From a virus (Duplodnaviria; Caudoviricetes), in IMG/VR virus record IMGVR_UViG_3300032007_000001: a stretch of 64,000 nt of DNA, one strand, 5' to 3'. Made by a program: the position numbers and the translations under genes. Below the pieces are notes generated by a model. The model made no database searches and was not told the origin of the DNA. It saw nothing but the letters and a program-made list of their open reading frames with translations. Below, piece by piece: positions 48,416 through 58,682 of this stretch (position 1 is its first letter; each line of letters begins with the position of its first letter).

Positions 48416-49579
48416 TTACCTCACCTTTATTTTGCTAATCAATATAGTATTTATTGCCATTAATGTTGCGAATATATTCAACATTAGATTATAATTGCCT
48501 GTCAATTCATATGTGTATGATATGATTGGCGAGGCACACAATCCAGCCAATCCCCATGCAAACAACGTTCTTCCATGTATAACCGACAAATGTTTTTTGG
48601 TAAATAAATCAATTATAAATGATGGAACCACAGCAAAATATCCGCCATATCCAGATGCTATAAGAAGCAATAATACTTCATATAAATACTCGTTTGTAAT
48701 AAACGGAAGTAATGTATAAGAAGCGCATTCTATAGCCATAAACGTTAGTATTGTATTGGGACGTCCAAAATAATCACTTAAGCTACTCCATAAAATTCTT
48801 CCGGCACCATTTACCAATCCAACAAAACCAACGAATGCAGCTGCTCTTACAGGAGTAAATTCAAACGTTTGCTGCAACATTGGAGATATCACCGCAAGCA
48901 ATGCTATACCACAAAGAATATTGATATAAAATGTTATGAACAGCAACTTAAAATTATTTGTTTTGCATATTTCTTTTACCGACAACGATTTTATTTCGTT
49001 ATCTTGTTCGATAATATCATCTGGATAATCCAAATAGAAAGATGCCGTAAACATAATAATTGGATAAATAATTCCTAAAATAATGAAGTTATTTACCAAC
49101 CCATAACTGCTTAACAGATATTGCATTAATGGACCAGCTATCATAGCTGCAAATCCAAACGACATTACTGTAGCTCCACCAGCAAATCCTGGTTTATCCT
49201 TAAACCATGATATAATGCATTTTACTGGAGTAACATATCCAATACCATAAGCACATCCGCATATTACGCCATTAAAAAGATACATTAATATAAGATTGTG
49301 AGTTAGTATAGCAAAAGCAGAACCTTGAAGACCAATAGTAAACAACAATCCAGCTAAAGCACCGGTTTTTCTTGGTCCATATTTTTCTACCCATTTTCCG
49401 CCAAAAGACGCCGAGGTGCCTAAAAAGAAAATTGCAATGGAAAATATAAACGTTGTAGCAAAAAGCGACCAGGATGTCTCTGAGATAATAGGAAGCACTA
49501 ATGTGCTATACGCATATACAGAACCGATTGAAATATGTATAGCACATGCTGCCAATAACATTAACCATCTATTTTTCAT
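48416..49579 (-). CDS. MFS transporter, oxalate/formate antiporter (OFA) family
   Basis: MKNRWL...HISIGSVYAYS, GIGYVTPV...WFKDKPG.A.G, NGAGRILWSSLSDYFGR; ~12 TM segments. Confidence 0.88.
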   Translation of the reverse strand: MKNRWLMLLAACAIHISIGSVYAYSTLVLPIISETSWSLFATTFIFSIAIFFLGTSASFGGKWVEKYGPRKTGALAGLLFTIGLQGSAFAILTHNLILMYLFNGVICGCAYGIGYVTPVKCIISWFKDKPGFAGGATVMSFGFAAMIAGPLMQYLLSSYGLVNNFIILGIIYPIIMFTASFYLDYPDDIIEQDNEIKSLSVKEICKTNNFKLLFITFYINILCGIALLAVISPMLQQTFEFTPVRAAAFVGFVGLVNGAGRILWSSLSDYFGRPNTILTFMAIECASYTLLPFITNEYLYEVLLLLIASGYGGYFAVVPSFIIDLFTKKHLSVIHGRTLFAWGLAGLCASPIISYTYELTGNYNLMLNIFATLMAINTILISKIKVR

Positions 49580-49839
49580 TTATTCTTCATCAACCTCGAC
49601 ATGCATTCGTTACTACAAACCATCGTTTTCTTTGCGCGTTTTGTATGACGATATTCTCTCATAAAGAACTTTCCGCATACATCACAGCGGCATAATACTT
49701 TTGTAGTAGACCCTTTTGACAAATCTTTTACTTTTGCATTGAAAAAACTATTGAAGCCAGTGAACTTATACCCTTTCTTTTGATAAAATTTCCAATTTCT
49801 TGAAGACCATTTGACTCTTGCGACTTGATTCGTAATCAT
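49576..49839 (-). CDS. small Zn-ribbon protein
   Basis: KKGY...DLSKGS...CRCDVCGK...CSNEC. Confidence 0.6.
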   Translation of the reverse strand: MITNQVARVKWSSRNWKFYQKKGYKFTGFNSFFNAKVKDLSKGSTTKVLCRCDVCGKFFMREYRHTKRAKKTMVCSNECMSRLMKNK

Positions 49840-51491
49840 TAATTACAACTTCCCTTCTTAAAATCTTTTGGAATTAATTGAATATTTCTTCTCCCCATGA
49901 ATTCGTTTAATTCAATTGTAAACGCTAAGTCTATACAATTGCAATCATCAAATTCACCGAGAAAATAATCTTTCATAGCATTAAAACATATTGCTTCAAA
50001 TACATATTCGTTTTGAGCTAATGAAAATTTTAATGCGTTTTGTTTTTTGCCTAATATTCTTTTATCTAGTATTTCAATGTTTTTCGAGCAAAAAACAATT
50101 TCTTCATTGCCTTGTCCAAACGGACGAAATCTATTTATATCGTATAACAAAGAAAACGTTATGTCTTTGAAGTTTATCAAAAAGTCTACATTCATTACTG
50201 GACGTTCTTTTGCTTCGTTTTCTTCTAAGAATTTTAAGTAGTTTTCATTACAACGTTTTTTGAATTCTTCCAAATCTTTTTCTGCAATATTCATTGCACA
50301 AGCTTCGGAATGTCCACCGCCAGATATATCCAAATCATTATTTAGAAGAATATTCTGCGATAGATTATATCCATATACAGAACGTCCAGAACCACCATAT
50401 CTACCATTGTTTTTTGTAACAGCAAAACATGGGCGCATATATGTATCAGCTATCCTATTAGCTATGATTCCCATGATTCCCGCTGGTACATCTTTGATTT
50501 CCTGTATGATAACAGGAGAATCATCTACTTCTATATTTTCAATGACTTTTTGCTGGATAGCTTTTCTTTTTTCGTTTAACGAAACGATATGTTTTGCTAT
50601 TTTCTCTGCTTCTATTTCATCATCGGCCAAAAATAAATCCACTATTTGTGTAGCATTTTCTATTCTACCAGCCGCATTTACGCATGGTGCGATACTATAG
50701 CCAATATCTTTTTCAGTTAATTCTTTTGTAATTTTTAATTCTTTTAATAAAGCATTAAGCCCGTAATTACTTGTTTGATTAGCCAATTTTAAGCCGTGAT
50801 AGACAAATATACGATTTTCGTCTTTTACTGGCATAACATCAGCAATTGTCGCTATAGCAGCCAAAACAATCATTTGATTATTTAAGTCTTTATCCATTTT
50901 TTTGATATCTGGCAAAAGAGCTCTAATAACCTTATATGCTACCATTGCTCCGCAAATGCCTTTGAACGGATAATCGCTATCTATGTATGGGTCAATTGTA
51001 AGCTCACAAGGAAGAGTATCGGTATTCCATGGGTGATGGTCTGTTACTATTACGTCTATACCTTCGTCAATTGCTTTTTTTACTAATTCATGTTCTGCAA
51101 TCCCACAGTCTACTGTAATCAATAAATTTATTTTTTCTTCTTTACATCGATTAATAAGTCTTTCTGATAATCCATAACCGTCTATTGCTCTATCTGGAAT
51201 GTCATAATATACATTTTTTGTAAGAGTCAATAAACCAAGCATCATAATAGAACATGCTGTGGTCCCATCACAATCATAGTCACCAGCAATCATAATTCTT
51301 TCGTCATTTACAATTGCATCTTGAATACGATTTATTATCAAATCCATATTTTTCAATTCATATGGATTTCTTATATTGCCTGCATGGTCTATGAATTTCT
51401 TGAATTCTTCTTTGCTTAATCCTAAATCTTTTCGTCGTTCTTTGAATAGATTATTGTTATATACGTGTTGTATGTCCCACATATAATTCAT
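49839..51491 (-). CDS. recJ: single-stranded-DNA exonuclease RecJ
   Basis: GDYDCDG, PDR..DGYGL, ITVDCGI, TDHH, ATIADVM, NAAGRI, GSGRS, GGH..A, PFGQGN. Confidence 0.93.
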   Translation of the reverse strand: MNYMWDIQHVYNNNLFKERRKDLGLSKEEFKKFIDHAGNIRNPYELKNMDLIINRIQDAIVNDERIMIAGDYDCDGTTACSIMMLGLLTLTKNVYYDIPDRAIDGYGLSERLINRCKEEKINLLITVDCGIAEHELVKKAIDEGIDVIVTDHHPWNTDTLPCELTIDPYIDSDYPFKGICGAMVAYKVIRALLPDIKKMDKDLNNQMIVLAAIATIADVMPVKDENRIFVYHGLKLANQTSNYGLNALLKELKITKELTEKDIGYSIAPCVNAAGRIENATQIVDLFLADDEIEAEKIAKHIVSLNEKRKAIQQKVIENIEVDDSPVIIQEIKDVPAGIMGIIANRIADTYMRPCFAVTKNNGRYGGSGRSVYGYNLSQNILLNNDLDISGGGHSEACAMNIAEKDLEEFKKRCNENYLKFLEENEAKERPVMNVDFLINFKDITFSLLYDINRFRPFGQGNEEIVFCSKNIEILDKRILGKKQNALKFSLAQNEYVFEAICFNAMKDYFLGEFDDCNCIDLAFTIELNEFMGRRNIQLIPKDFKKGSCN

Positions 51492-51568
51492 ATATCTTTA
51501 CCTCTTTAGTTCGTTCTTATTTATTTTATACAAAATTTTATTAATCAAAAATTAACGTATAAAAACTA

Positions 51569-51597
51569 TTTACATGCATTGAAAAATATGGTATAAT
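51569..51597 (+). promoter_or_regulatory. sigma70-type promoter
   Basis: TTTACA, 17 bp, TG-G-TATAAT. Confidence 0.7.
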
Positions 51598-51621
51598 TTA
51601 TATCGTGAAAGGAGAATTCTT

Positions 51622-52431
51622 ATGGATAAGAAAGAAATGAAAGAAATTTTATTTGATGCCTTGGCAGAAAAAGAAAAAAATATGGAAGAATATAAAAAAG
51701 TTATGATGAAAATTCTTCCAGAATATATGGAAACAACTCCAGAAGAACGATTGAATAAACATTTTGAAAAATTTGATGATGATACAAAATCTTTTATTAT
51801 GCAATTTGAGCAAGAACAACCGGAATATATAGATTTCAATAATCCGGATAAGTCTATTATGACGATTATTTACGATTTCATTTATGGAGATAAACCAAAT
51901 TTGACAAAAAAAGAAAAGAAGTTTTTGAAAAACTTTGATAATATTCTTTCTCTTATTCAAACATGCCAATATGCTCTTGGAATTAAAGAGGATAGCGGAG
52001 TTGGAATTACTCATTTCGGATTGGACAAAACATTGTTTGATTCTGATACGTTGCATGTGGAAAACGAAGATATTATCATTACCGACCCATGCTACATTGG
52101 ACATAATAGAGGATATGATTTAGACCATATCCATCATAGCACCATTTATGGTGATTGGGGTTGTAATGTAGTAAACGAAGATACTGGCGAAATGCTCGGA
52201 ACTTTTTGTGCTGATGCTGGAGAAGTTGGCATTTTTAAGCTCGAAGAAGTAAAAAAGAAATATCCTAAATATAATTATATAGAATCTTATCCTCACACCG
52301 TAACGGTTATTAAGAATTTTACTGGAGACGTTACCATAAAAGTTGGATTTGACAAAAAGCATAAGGACTTTTATTGTTATGTAGAAGGAAAAGGCTCTAT
52401 TAATTTTAAGTCGTACCAAAATAGATTTTAA
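51622..52431 (+). CDS. hypothetical protein
   Basis: 269-aa ORF; IIITDPCY...TIYGDWGC...FCADAG motif. Confidence 0.7.
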   Translation: MDKKEMKEILFDALAEKEKNMEEYKKVMMKILPEYMETTPEERLNKHFEKFDDDTKSFIMQFEQEQPEYIDFNNPDKSIMTIIYDFIYGDKPNLTKKEKKFLKNFDNILSLIQTCQYALGIKEDSGVGITHFGLDKTLFDSDTLHVENEDIIITDPCYIGHNRGYDLDHIHHSTIYGDWGCNVVNEDTGEMLGTFCADAGEVGIFKLEEVKKKYPKYNYIESYPHTVTVIKNFTGDVTIKVGFDKKHKDFYCYVEGKGSINFKSYQNRF

Positions 52432-52454
52432 GGTCAAAAATTTTTACTTCAAGT

Positions 52455-52670
52455 TTGCGAAAGGAGCTAACAATGCATTACACTGAAAAAGACGAAAAGG
52501 CATTAAATGCTGCTAAATTTTTGAACGACTATTGTGAAGGAAACATTAGTTGCAAAAAATGTTTCTTTCATTATCAAAATATTGATAACGTAACTTGTTG
52601 TTCGTTAAATTCAACGCCTTCACATTATAAAATTCGTTTTGCAGAATTAAATCTTAAAGGAAATGAATAA
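52455..52670 (+). CDS. small Cys-rich protein
   Basis: AAGGAG RBS before ATG 52473. Confidence 0.55.
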   Translation: MRKELTMHYTEKDEKALNAAKFLNDYCEGNISCKKCFFHYQNIDNVTCCSLNSTPSHYKIRFAELNLKGNE

Positions 52671-52884
52671 AATGAATCATTTTTCAAAATTAAATGATGC
52701 TGCATTGAAAGATGCATTAATTGATTATATGGCGTTTGGAAATAGTAATTTAATTCAAGACGGATATCTTAGTGATAAAAAAGAAAAATATGTAAATGAT
52801 TTTGGTGATAAAGCATTTGCAATTATGGAAAAAGATTTGTTATTTGAATGTGCAAAACGTTGGATGACATATCGTTTTAAGTAG
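52663..52884 (+). CDS. hypothetical protein
   Basis: 73-aa ORF in operon. Confidence 0.55.
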   Translation: MNKMNHFSKLNDAALKDALIDYMAFGNSNLIQDGYLSDKKEKYVNDFGDKAFAIMEKDLLFECAKRWMTYRFK

Positions 52885-52896
52885 AGAGGTAAAAAC

Positions 52897-53082
52897 ATGA
52901 ATAAGAATGAATTGATAAAGATTATTGAAAACATTGAAAAGAATAGATGTCCAATTTATCATGGTGGAAGTTGTAATATGGATTGTGGTTATAGAATAGA
53001 TGGATGCTACGGAGATGAATGTATGTTTGATTCTTTTGTAAGAGCTTTAGAAAGTGATGATAAATTAGAACATATAAAATGA
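52897..53082 (+). CDS. small Cys-rich protein
   Basis: GAGGT RBS; ends in a bidirectional hairpin (53078-53110). Confidence 0.55.
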   Translation: MNKNELIKIIENIEKNRCPIYHGGSCNMDCGYRIDGCYGDECMFDSFVRALESDDKLEHIK

Positions 53083-53111
53083 GCACCAAAATTAATTGGT
53101 GCTCATTTATT

Positions 53112-54287
53112 TTATATAAATTCAATAATAAGAGTATCATCACCTTTAAGTAATTGAGGAGTAACTTCAGACCTAATATTATAATTTACATTAGCTAATG
53201 TTACATTAGTTACCGAAGAACCATAGAACATATCTTGCATATTACTAGCATCACTTATACTACTACAATCTATAGTCCATGGGAATATATCTGTGAGAGA
53301 CTGACAATCACGAAACATACCCATCATGTTTGTGACTTTACTAGTATTTAATTGAGGTATAGTAGTAAGAGAAGTACAATAATTAAACATATTATTCATA
53401 CTAGTTACATTATTAGTATTTAATTGAGGAATAGAAGTAAGATTAGTACAATTACCAAACATTTCTTGCATATCAGTTACTTTACTAGTATTTAATTGAG
53501 GTATAGAAGTAAGATTTGTACAATTACTAAACATATTATTCATACCAGTTACATTACTAGTATCTAATTGATGTATAGAAGTAAGTCTTTGACAACCACT
53601 AAACATAAAATTCATACCAGTTACTTTACTAGTATTTAATTCAGGTATAGCTGTAAGATTTCTACAATTATAAAACATATCATCCATATCAGTTACATTA
53701 CTAGTATTTAATTCATTAGGTATAGTTGTAAGTTTATAACAATTATAAAACATATTAATCATACTAGTTACTTTATCAGTATCTAGTTGAAGTATAGTAG
53801 TAAGATTAGCACAATCATAAAACATCGACCTCATATCAGTTACATTACTTGTATTTAATTGAGGTATAGAAGTAAGTTTAGTACATTGATGAAACATACA
53901 AAACATATCGGTTACTTTACTAGTATCTAATTGAGGTATAGAAGTAAGAGATTTACAATTTTTGAACATATTACTCATAGTAGTTACATTACTAGTATCT
54001 AATTCATTAGGAACTGTAATCATATTAGTATATGTATTTGGATATACTTGACTCATCTTATAATAAGAATCTGTTAATTGTAAAGGTGGTTTTGCTTCCT
54101 GTATAAAATAGTAAAAATTGTCATATTTTACATAGATACCTTTTTGATTAGGATTTACAGCATTTACTTTTGTAGCTGATATTGGTACACTATTTCCATT
54201 AATAGTTAACATTACTCTTGGAAATGTAGTAGTATCATTATTTTCTAATACATTTACAGAAATATTACCAAACATTGTCGTTGACAT
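53112..54287 (-). CDS. BspA-like/DUF285 leucine-rich-repeat surface protein
   Basis: about ten 24-aa repeats IPQLNTSxVTxMxxMFxxCxxLTS. Confidence 0.85.
   Translation of the reverse strand: MSTTMFGNISVNVLENNDTTTFPRVMLTINGNSVPISATKVNAVNPNQKGIYVKYDNFYYFIQEAKPPLQLTDSYYKMSQVYPNTYTNMITVPNELDTSNVTTMSNMFKNCKSLTSIPQLDTSKVTDMFCMFHQCTKLTSIPQLNTSNVTDMRSMFYDCANLTTILQLDTDKVTSMINMFYNCYKLTTIPNELNTSNVTDMDDMFYNCRNLTAIPELNTSKVTGMNFMFSGCQRLTSIHQLDTSNVTGMNNMFSNCTNLTSIPQLNTSKVTDMQEMFGNCTNLTSIPQLNTNNVTSMNNMFNYCTSLTTIPQLNTSKVTNMMGMFRDCQSLTDIFPWTIDCSSISDASNMQDMFYGSSVTNVTLANVNYNIRSEVTPQLLKGDDTLIIEFI
53300..54010 (-). repeat. ~72-bp coding tandem repeats
   Basis: recurring ACTAGTATTTAATTGAGGTATAGAAGTAAG-like units on the + strand; boundaries approximate. 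Confidence 0.8.
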
Positions 54288-54357
54288 TTTTATATCACCT
54301 TCTTACTTTCTATTCTAAATTAAGAATAAAAAAAGATGGACATTTAAGTCCATCTTT

Positions 54358-55551
54358 TTATTTTGTATTTGTATGTTTTTCTTTTATATCACTCTCATGT
54401 ACTATATGCTTCTTTGTTTTTGTCCCTGGTAGAGAATACATAGCATCCATTAAGCTATCTTCTAGTACTGATTTAAGTCCTCTAGCACCAGTTTTTCGTT
54501 TTATTGCTATTTTAGCTATTTTATGTATGGCTTCATCATCAAATGATAATGCAATATTATCAAATTTGAATAATTGTTGATATTGCTTAATTAATGCATC
54601 TTTAGGCTGCGTTAATACTTTTACAAGAGTATCTTCATTAAGCGAATCCAACGTAATAATAATTTGAAGTCTACCGATGAGTTCTCTTACTAATCCAAAT
54701 TCATATAAATCTTGTTGCTGAACTTGGTGAATTAAATTTTCATTTGGCTTTACTTTTTCAGTTGAACATCCAAAACCGATTTCTTTTTTGCTTATTCGTT
54801 TTGCTATTATTTCTTCCAATCCAGAGAATGACCCCATGCATACAAATAATATATTACTTGTATCAATGCTTACCATATTGCTTCCTAATGTATTTTTGGA
54901 ATATTCAACGTCAAATTTATTTCCTTCTATTAACTTCAAAATTGAGCTTTGAGCATCTCCGCCATTTACGTCTTTTCCTGATTCTTCAGTAGCTTTTAAT
55001 TTATCTATTTCATCTAATATAATGATTCCTCTTTGTGCTACATCTATATTCCCATCTGCTTCGTTAAGTAATTGCGTTAATATATCTTCTACAGAAAGTC
55101 CAACATAACCTGCAGATGTAATGCTTGATGCATCTGTGATTATCATTGGAACTTCTAAGAATTTAGCGATTGTCCTTATTAGATGAGTTTTTCCAGCGCC
55201 CGTTGGTCCAATCATTAATAAATTTGATTTTTGTATTTCAATATCTTCTTTTTCTTTTATATCAGTTTTGAATACTCTTTTGTAGTGATTATATATTGCA
55301 ACGCTTAAGGCTTTCTTAGCATAATCTTGACCAACAACATATTCATCGAGATGTTCTTTTATATCTCTTGGCGTTAATGTTTTTCCTTTGGTCTTTGAAG
55401 TGCTTACTTTTCTGCCAGCAAGGATGTTTTTGCAAAGGTCTACGCATTTTTCACAGATATTGATTGAGGATGTGGTACCAAAAATAATTTTGTCTTTATC
55501 TACCTCTTCTCCACAAAATTTGCATTTGATTTTTTTCTCTTTTTTAACCAA
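54358..55551 (-). CDS. clpX: ATP-dependent Clp protease ATP-binding subunit ClpX
   Basis: CxxC/CxxC Zn domain, HLDEYVVGQ, AIYNHYKR, GPTGAGKT, AGYVG, DEIDK, IGF loop, TGARGL. Confidence 0.93.
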   Translation of the reverse strand: MVKKEKKIKCKFCGEEVDKDKIIFGTTSSINICEKCVDLCKNILAGRKVSTSKTKGKTLTPRDIKEHLDEYVVGQDYAKKALSVAIYNHYKRVFKTDIKEKEDIEIQKSNLLMIGPTGAGKTHLIRTIAKFLEVPMIITDASSITSAGYVGLSVEDILTQLLNEADGNIDVAQRGIIILDEIDKLKATEESGKDVNGGDAQSSILKLIEGNKFDVEYSKNTLGSNMVSIDTSNILFVCMGSFSGLEEIIAKRISKKEIGFGCSTEKVKPNENLIHQVQQQDLYEFGLVRELIGRLQIIITLDSLNEDTLVKVLTQPKDALIKQYQQLFKFDNIALSFDDEAIHKIAKIAIKRKTGARGLKSVLEDSLMDAMYSLPGTKTKKHIVHESDIKEKHTNTK

Positions 55552-55603
55552 ATATCATCCCATCCTTTGCTACCAAATAATTTATTTTAACAAGAAAAAA
55601 CTG

Positions 55604-56278
55604 TCACAGACGGATTTTTTCATCAGAAATCAATATTTTAGGGGTTTGTATAAGAAAAAATTTGTTTTTGTTTTCCTTAAATCTATATATATCTAAATCT
55701 GTAGTTAATAAATCGTATCCCTTATAACATTTTGCAATTGATGCATATGAAAATTTTTTATTTGAATTAACATGTTTTACACTTAAAGCATCAATTGCTT
55801 CTTTTTTATTGTAAAAAAATCCAATTGTCAATTCTATGCCAAAAAATCCAAATTTTTTATTGAAGTTTTCATGCAACGTTACAACGTAAATTGGAGGTGC
55901 CATATCGTTTTCTCCATAGAAAATAATGTAAAAATCTCTTTTCAAAATATCTCTTGCATAAATAAAACAATGCGTTGTGTTTTTATACTTTCCAATATAA
56001 AATCTTTTTTCTTTTTTATCTTTAAGTTTTTTGGAAAGTTTTTGTATCATTAAGCAGTTATGTATATATGCTTCGTTTCTAGTAGCAAAAAAAGAGTATT
56101 CGCTCATTTCATCTATCCACGTGAATTGTTTGTCTATTCCATTATCATACCAATATGTAGTAAAAACAATTCCGTTATAAATAGAAGTCAAAGCCTTTAG
56201 ATTTTCAAAAGAAAATCTAAAAGGCTTTAATCCCATTTCATCTTTTATTTTTTTGCAGTATTTATATCCCTTAATCAT
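55604..56278 (-). CDS. hypothetical protein
   Basis: 224-aa ORF coupled to gyrA. Confidence 0.6.
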   Translation of the reverse strand: MIKGYKYCKKIKDEMGLKPFRFSFENLKALTSIYNGIVFTTYWYDNGIDKQFTWIDEMSEYSFFATRNEAYIHNCLMIQKLSKKLKDKKEKRFYIGKYKNTTHCFIYARDILKRDFYIIFYGENDMAPPIYVVTLHENFNKKFGFFGIELTIGFFYNKKEAIDALSVKHVNSNKKFSYASIAKCYKGYDLLTTDLDIYRFKENKNKFFLIQTPKILISDEKIRL

Positions 56279-58656
56279 AATTTTTCCACATTAAATGTAT
56301 TCGGTTTCGCTTTAATCAATTCCATTTTTTCCAAACGATTCTTAAAGTCAAATTTCTTAATTTCTACTAAGTTATTTTTATCGTCATAATAAATTGGTTT
56401 TTCGCATACATTGACTTTCAATAACTTACTAAATTTCTTATCAAAACAATACCTTAATGCTTTGGATATTCTACCTTTAATTAAAGCATCTCTTGCTCTC
56501 ACAACTTTATAAGAATACGTATCATTATTATTTTCTGCTAGTACCAAAATTAAGTCTTTATCATTATTCTTAAGAGAAGATATTTCGCAATCTACTATGA
56601 AATCTCCATCTTCCAATTTTGGTGCTGGCATAGCTTTTGCGTTCATACCAGTAGAAGTGAATGAATTTGTACTGAATCTTGCTACATATCCTTGTTCTGT
56701 TGCAACCGTTACAATTTCATCTTCAATGTCATCTATAAATTTAGCACATACGATATCTGAGTCAATGTCTTTAATCAACTTTTTGCCAGATTTTAATTTG
56801 CCTATTTCTGTCTTTTTAATATTACCATTTTTCAAAATGGTGAAAAGTGTTTTCTTCAATGTAACTGGAAAAATAGTTACAACGTCTTTTAATTTAGCAT
56901 CTTCTATTTCTTTTACTTTTATAGAAGATACTTCACCATTTTTGAATAATACATATATCTCATCGTTTATCTTTGCTTCAAAATAAATTTTATATAATTC
57001 GGATTTGTCTTTAAGTTTTGAATCATCAAATTCTTTTTTATCGTATACTTTAACGTTTTTATTTGTCAAAACAACAACAGCATCAATAAATGCTTCGGTA
57101 TGTTCTTCTGACATTTCTGCGAATTTAGCTACTATTTTCGTCCTACGTTCGTCGCCAAATTTTTCTTTCAACTGAATCAATTCATTTTTGATATATTCGT
57201 CTCTTGTTTTTTCATCATTTAAGATGTTTTTATGTTCTTCTATGCTTTTCTTTAATTCTTCGATTGATTCAAACACAGCATTGACATTTTTCTTTACAAC
57301 TGAACGGAATTTTCTATCCAATACATAATTGGCTTGAAATTCTGTCAATTGATATTTATTCATAAGCATTTCAATTGCTTTGGCGTCATCTTCGCAATCT
57401 ACTATTTCTTTTGATACTTCTTTTATATTATGAAGTATCTTAGCTACGCCTTCTTGAATCTCTAATTTCTTTCCTTCTTTTTCTATTAGAAATTGCATAC
57501 GGCGTTTGATTACGTTTCTTCTATTTTCAAGATATATATTTACGTAATCAATCAATGTAATCAATTTTGGCGTTTTTTCATGTATGCCACACATGATATA
57601 ACTGCATGGTTTTTGCAAGTCTGTAGAACTATATAATTTATTAACGATAAATGGAATGTTTGCTGTTTTAGCGCACTCTATTACTAACCTTATATTTTCG
57701 CCTTCGCTTTCTTCTCTAACTTCCAAAGCTTTAGGCAAAGACTTGCTAGAAATTAATTCGTATATTTTCTCTAACGTTTTAGAGATATTCATGTTTGGTG
57801 TAGTATCGGTAAATACAATTTGAGGGTTCTCATTTTCTGCATTATGCTCAATTTCATAATTTGCTCTATATATTATTTTACCTTTACCAGTACTATATAA
57901 TTCTTTCAAATTTTCTGAAGATATGCACCCTCCCAAAGGCATATCTGGTCCTTTGATATAAGTCATCAAATTTTCCAAAGTAAAGTCTTTATTGTCTATA
58001 GCATAAATTAAAGCATCGCACACTTCTCTTAAATTATGGCTTGGGCAATTTGTTGTCATACCGACAGCGATACCAGATGCACCATTTACAAGAAAGTTGG
58101 GAAGCAATCCTGGCAATACTATTGGTTCTGTTGTGGTTTCAGAATAATTCGGCTTGAAATCTACGCTACATTCATCTAAAACATCTTCCAATAGATTATA
58201 GGCTATTTTTGCTAAACGGCATTCTGTATATCTATCAGCAGCTGGAGAGTCACCAGAAGCAGAACCATTACATCCATGGAAATCTATTAAAGGATATCTA
58301 AATTCCCAATCTTGTGACATATTCGCAATCGTACCATAACACGAAGAATGTGGGTGATAGTCACCCATGACTTCACCAGATACTTTTGCACATTTTACAT
58401 ACTGTTTATCACTATCATGCTTTCTTTCTGCGCATGAATATAATATCCTTCGCTGTGCTGGTTTCAGCCCATCTAAGACGTCTGGAATCGCACGAGACAG
58501 GATAACTAACATTGAATAAGAAAGCATAGACGTTTTTATTTCTTCGCTTATATCTCCAGTAATGATATTTTCGTTCTCTAGTAATTTATCTACATTCAGT
58601 TTGGCTGTTCTCTTTGCCAAAAAAATCACATCCTTTACTAATTCCATTATAAACAA
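56275..58656 (-). CDS. gyrA: DNA gyrase/topoisomerase IV subunit A
   Basis: SRAIPDVLDGLKPAQRR, YHPH, AADRYTE active-site Tyr, GIAVGM, GPDMP.G, FGDERRT, degenerate C-terminal blades. Confidence 0.92.
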   Translation of the reverse strand: MFIMELVKDVIFLAKRTAKLNVDKLLENENIITGDISEEIKTSMLSYSMLVILSRAIPDVLDGLKPAQRRILYSCAERKHDSDKQYVKCAKVSGEVMGDYHPHSSCYGTIANMSQDWEFRYPLIDFHGCNGSASGDSPAADRYTECRLAKIAYNLLEDVLDECSVDFKPNYSETTTEPIVLPGLLPNFLVNGASGIAVGMTTNCPSHNLREVCDALIYAIDNKDFTLENLMTYIKGPDMPLGGCISSENLKELYSTGKGKIIYRANYEIEHNAENENPQIVFTDTTPNMNISKTLEKIYELISSKSLPKALEVREESEGENIRLVIECAKTANIPFIVNKLYSSTDLQKPCSYIMCGIHEKTPKLITLIDYVNIYLENRRNVIKRRMQFLIEKEGKKLEIQEGVAKILHNIKEVSKEIVDCEDDAKAIEMLMNKYQLTEFQANYVLDRKFRSVVKKNVNAVFESIEELKKSIEEHKNILNDEKTRDEYIKNELIQLKEKFGDERRTKIVAKFAEMSEEHTEAFIDAVVVLTNKNVKVYDKKEFDDSKLKDKSELYKIYFEAKINDEIYVLFKNGEVSSIKVKEIEDAKLKDVVTIFPVTLKKTLFTILKNGNIKKTEIGKLKSGKKLIKDIDSDIVCAKFIDDIEDEIVTVATEQGYVARFSTNSFTSTGMNAKAMPAPKLEDGDFIVDCEISSLKNNDKDLILVLAENNNDTYSYKVVRARDALIKGRISKALRYCFDKKFSKLLKVNVCEKPIYYDDKNNLVEIKKFDFKNRLEKMELIKAKPNTFNVEKL

Positions 58657-58682
58657 AAAATAAATAGGCGAAATTTATTCGC

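Noticed and set aside
53300-54010. CRISPR array
   Set aside because: The repeats are degenerate, in-frame coding units of an LRR protein without unique spacers; no cas genes are present.
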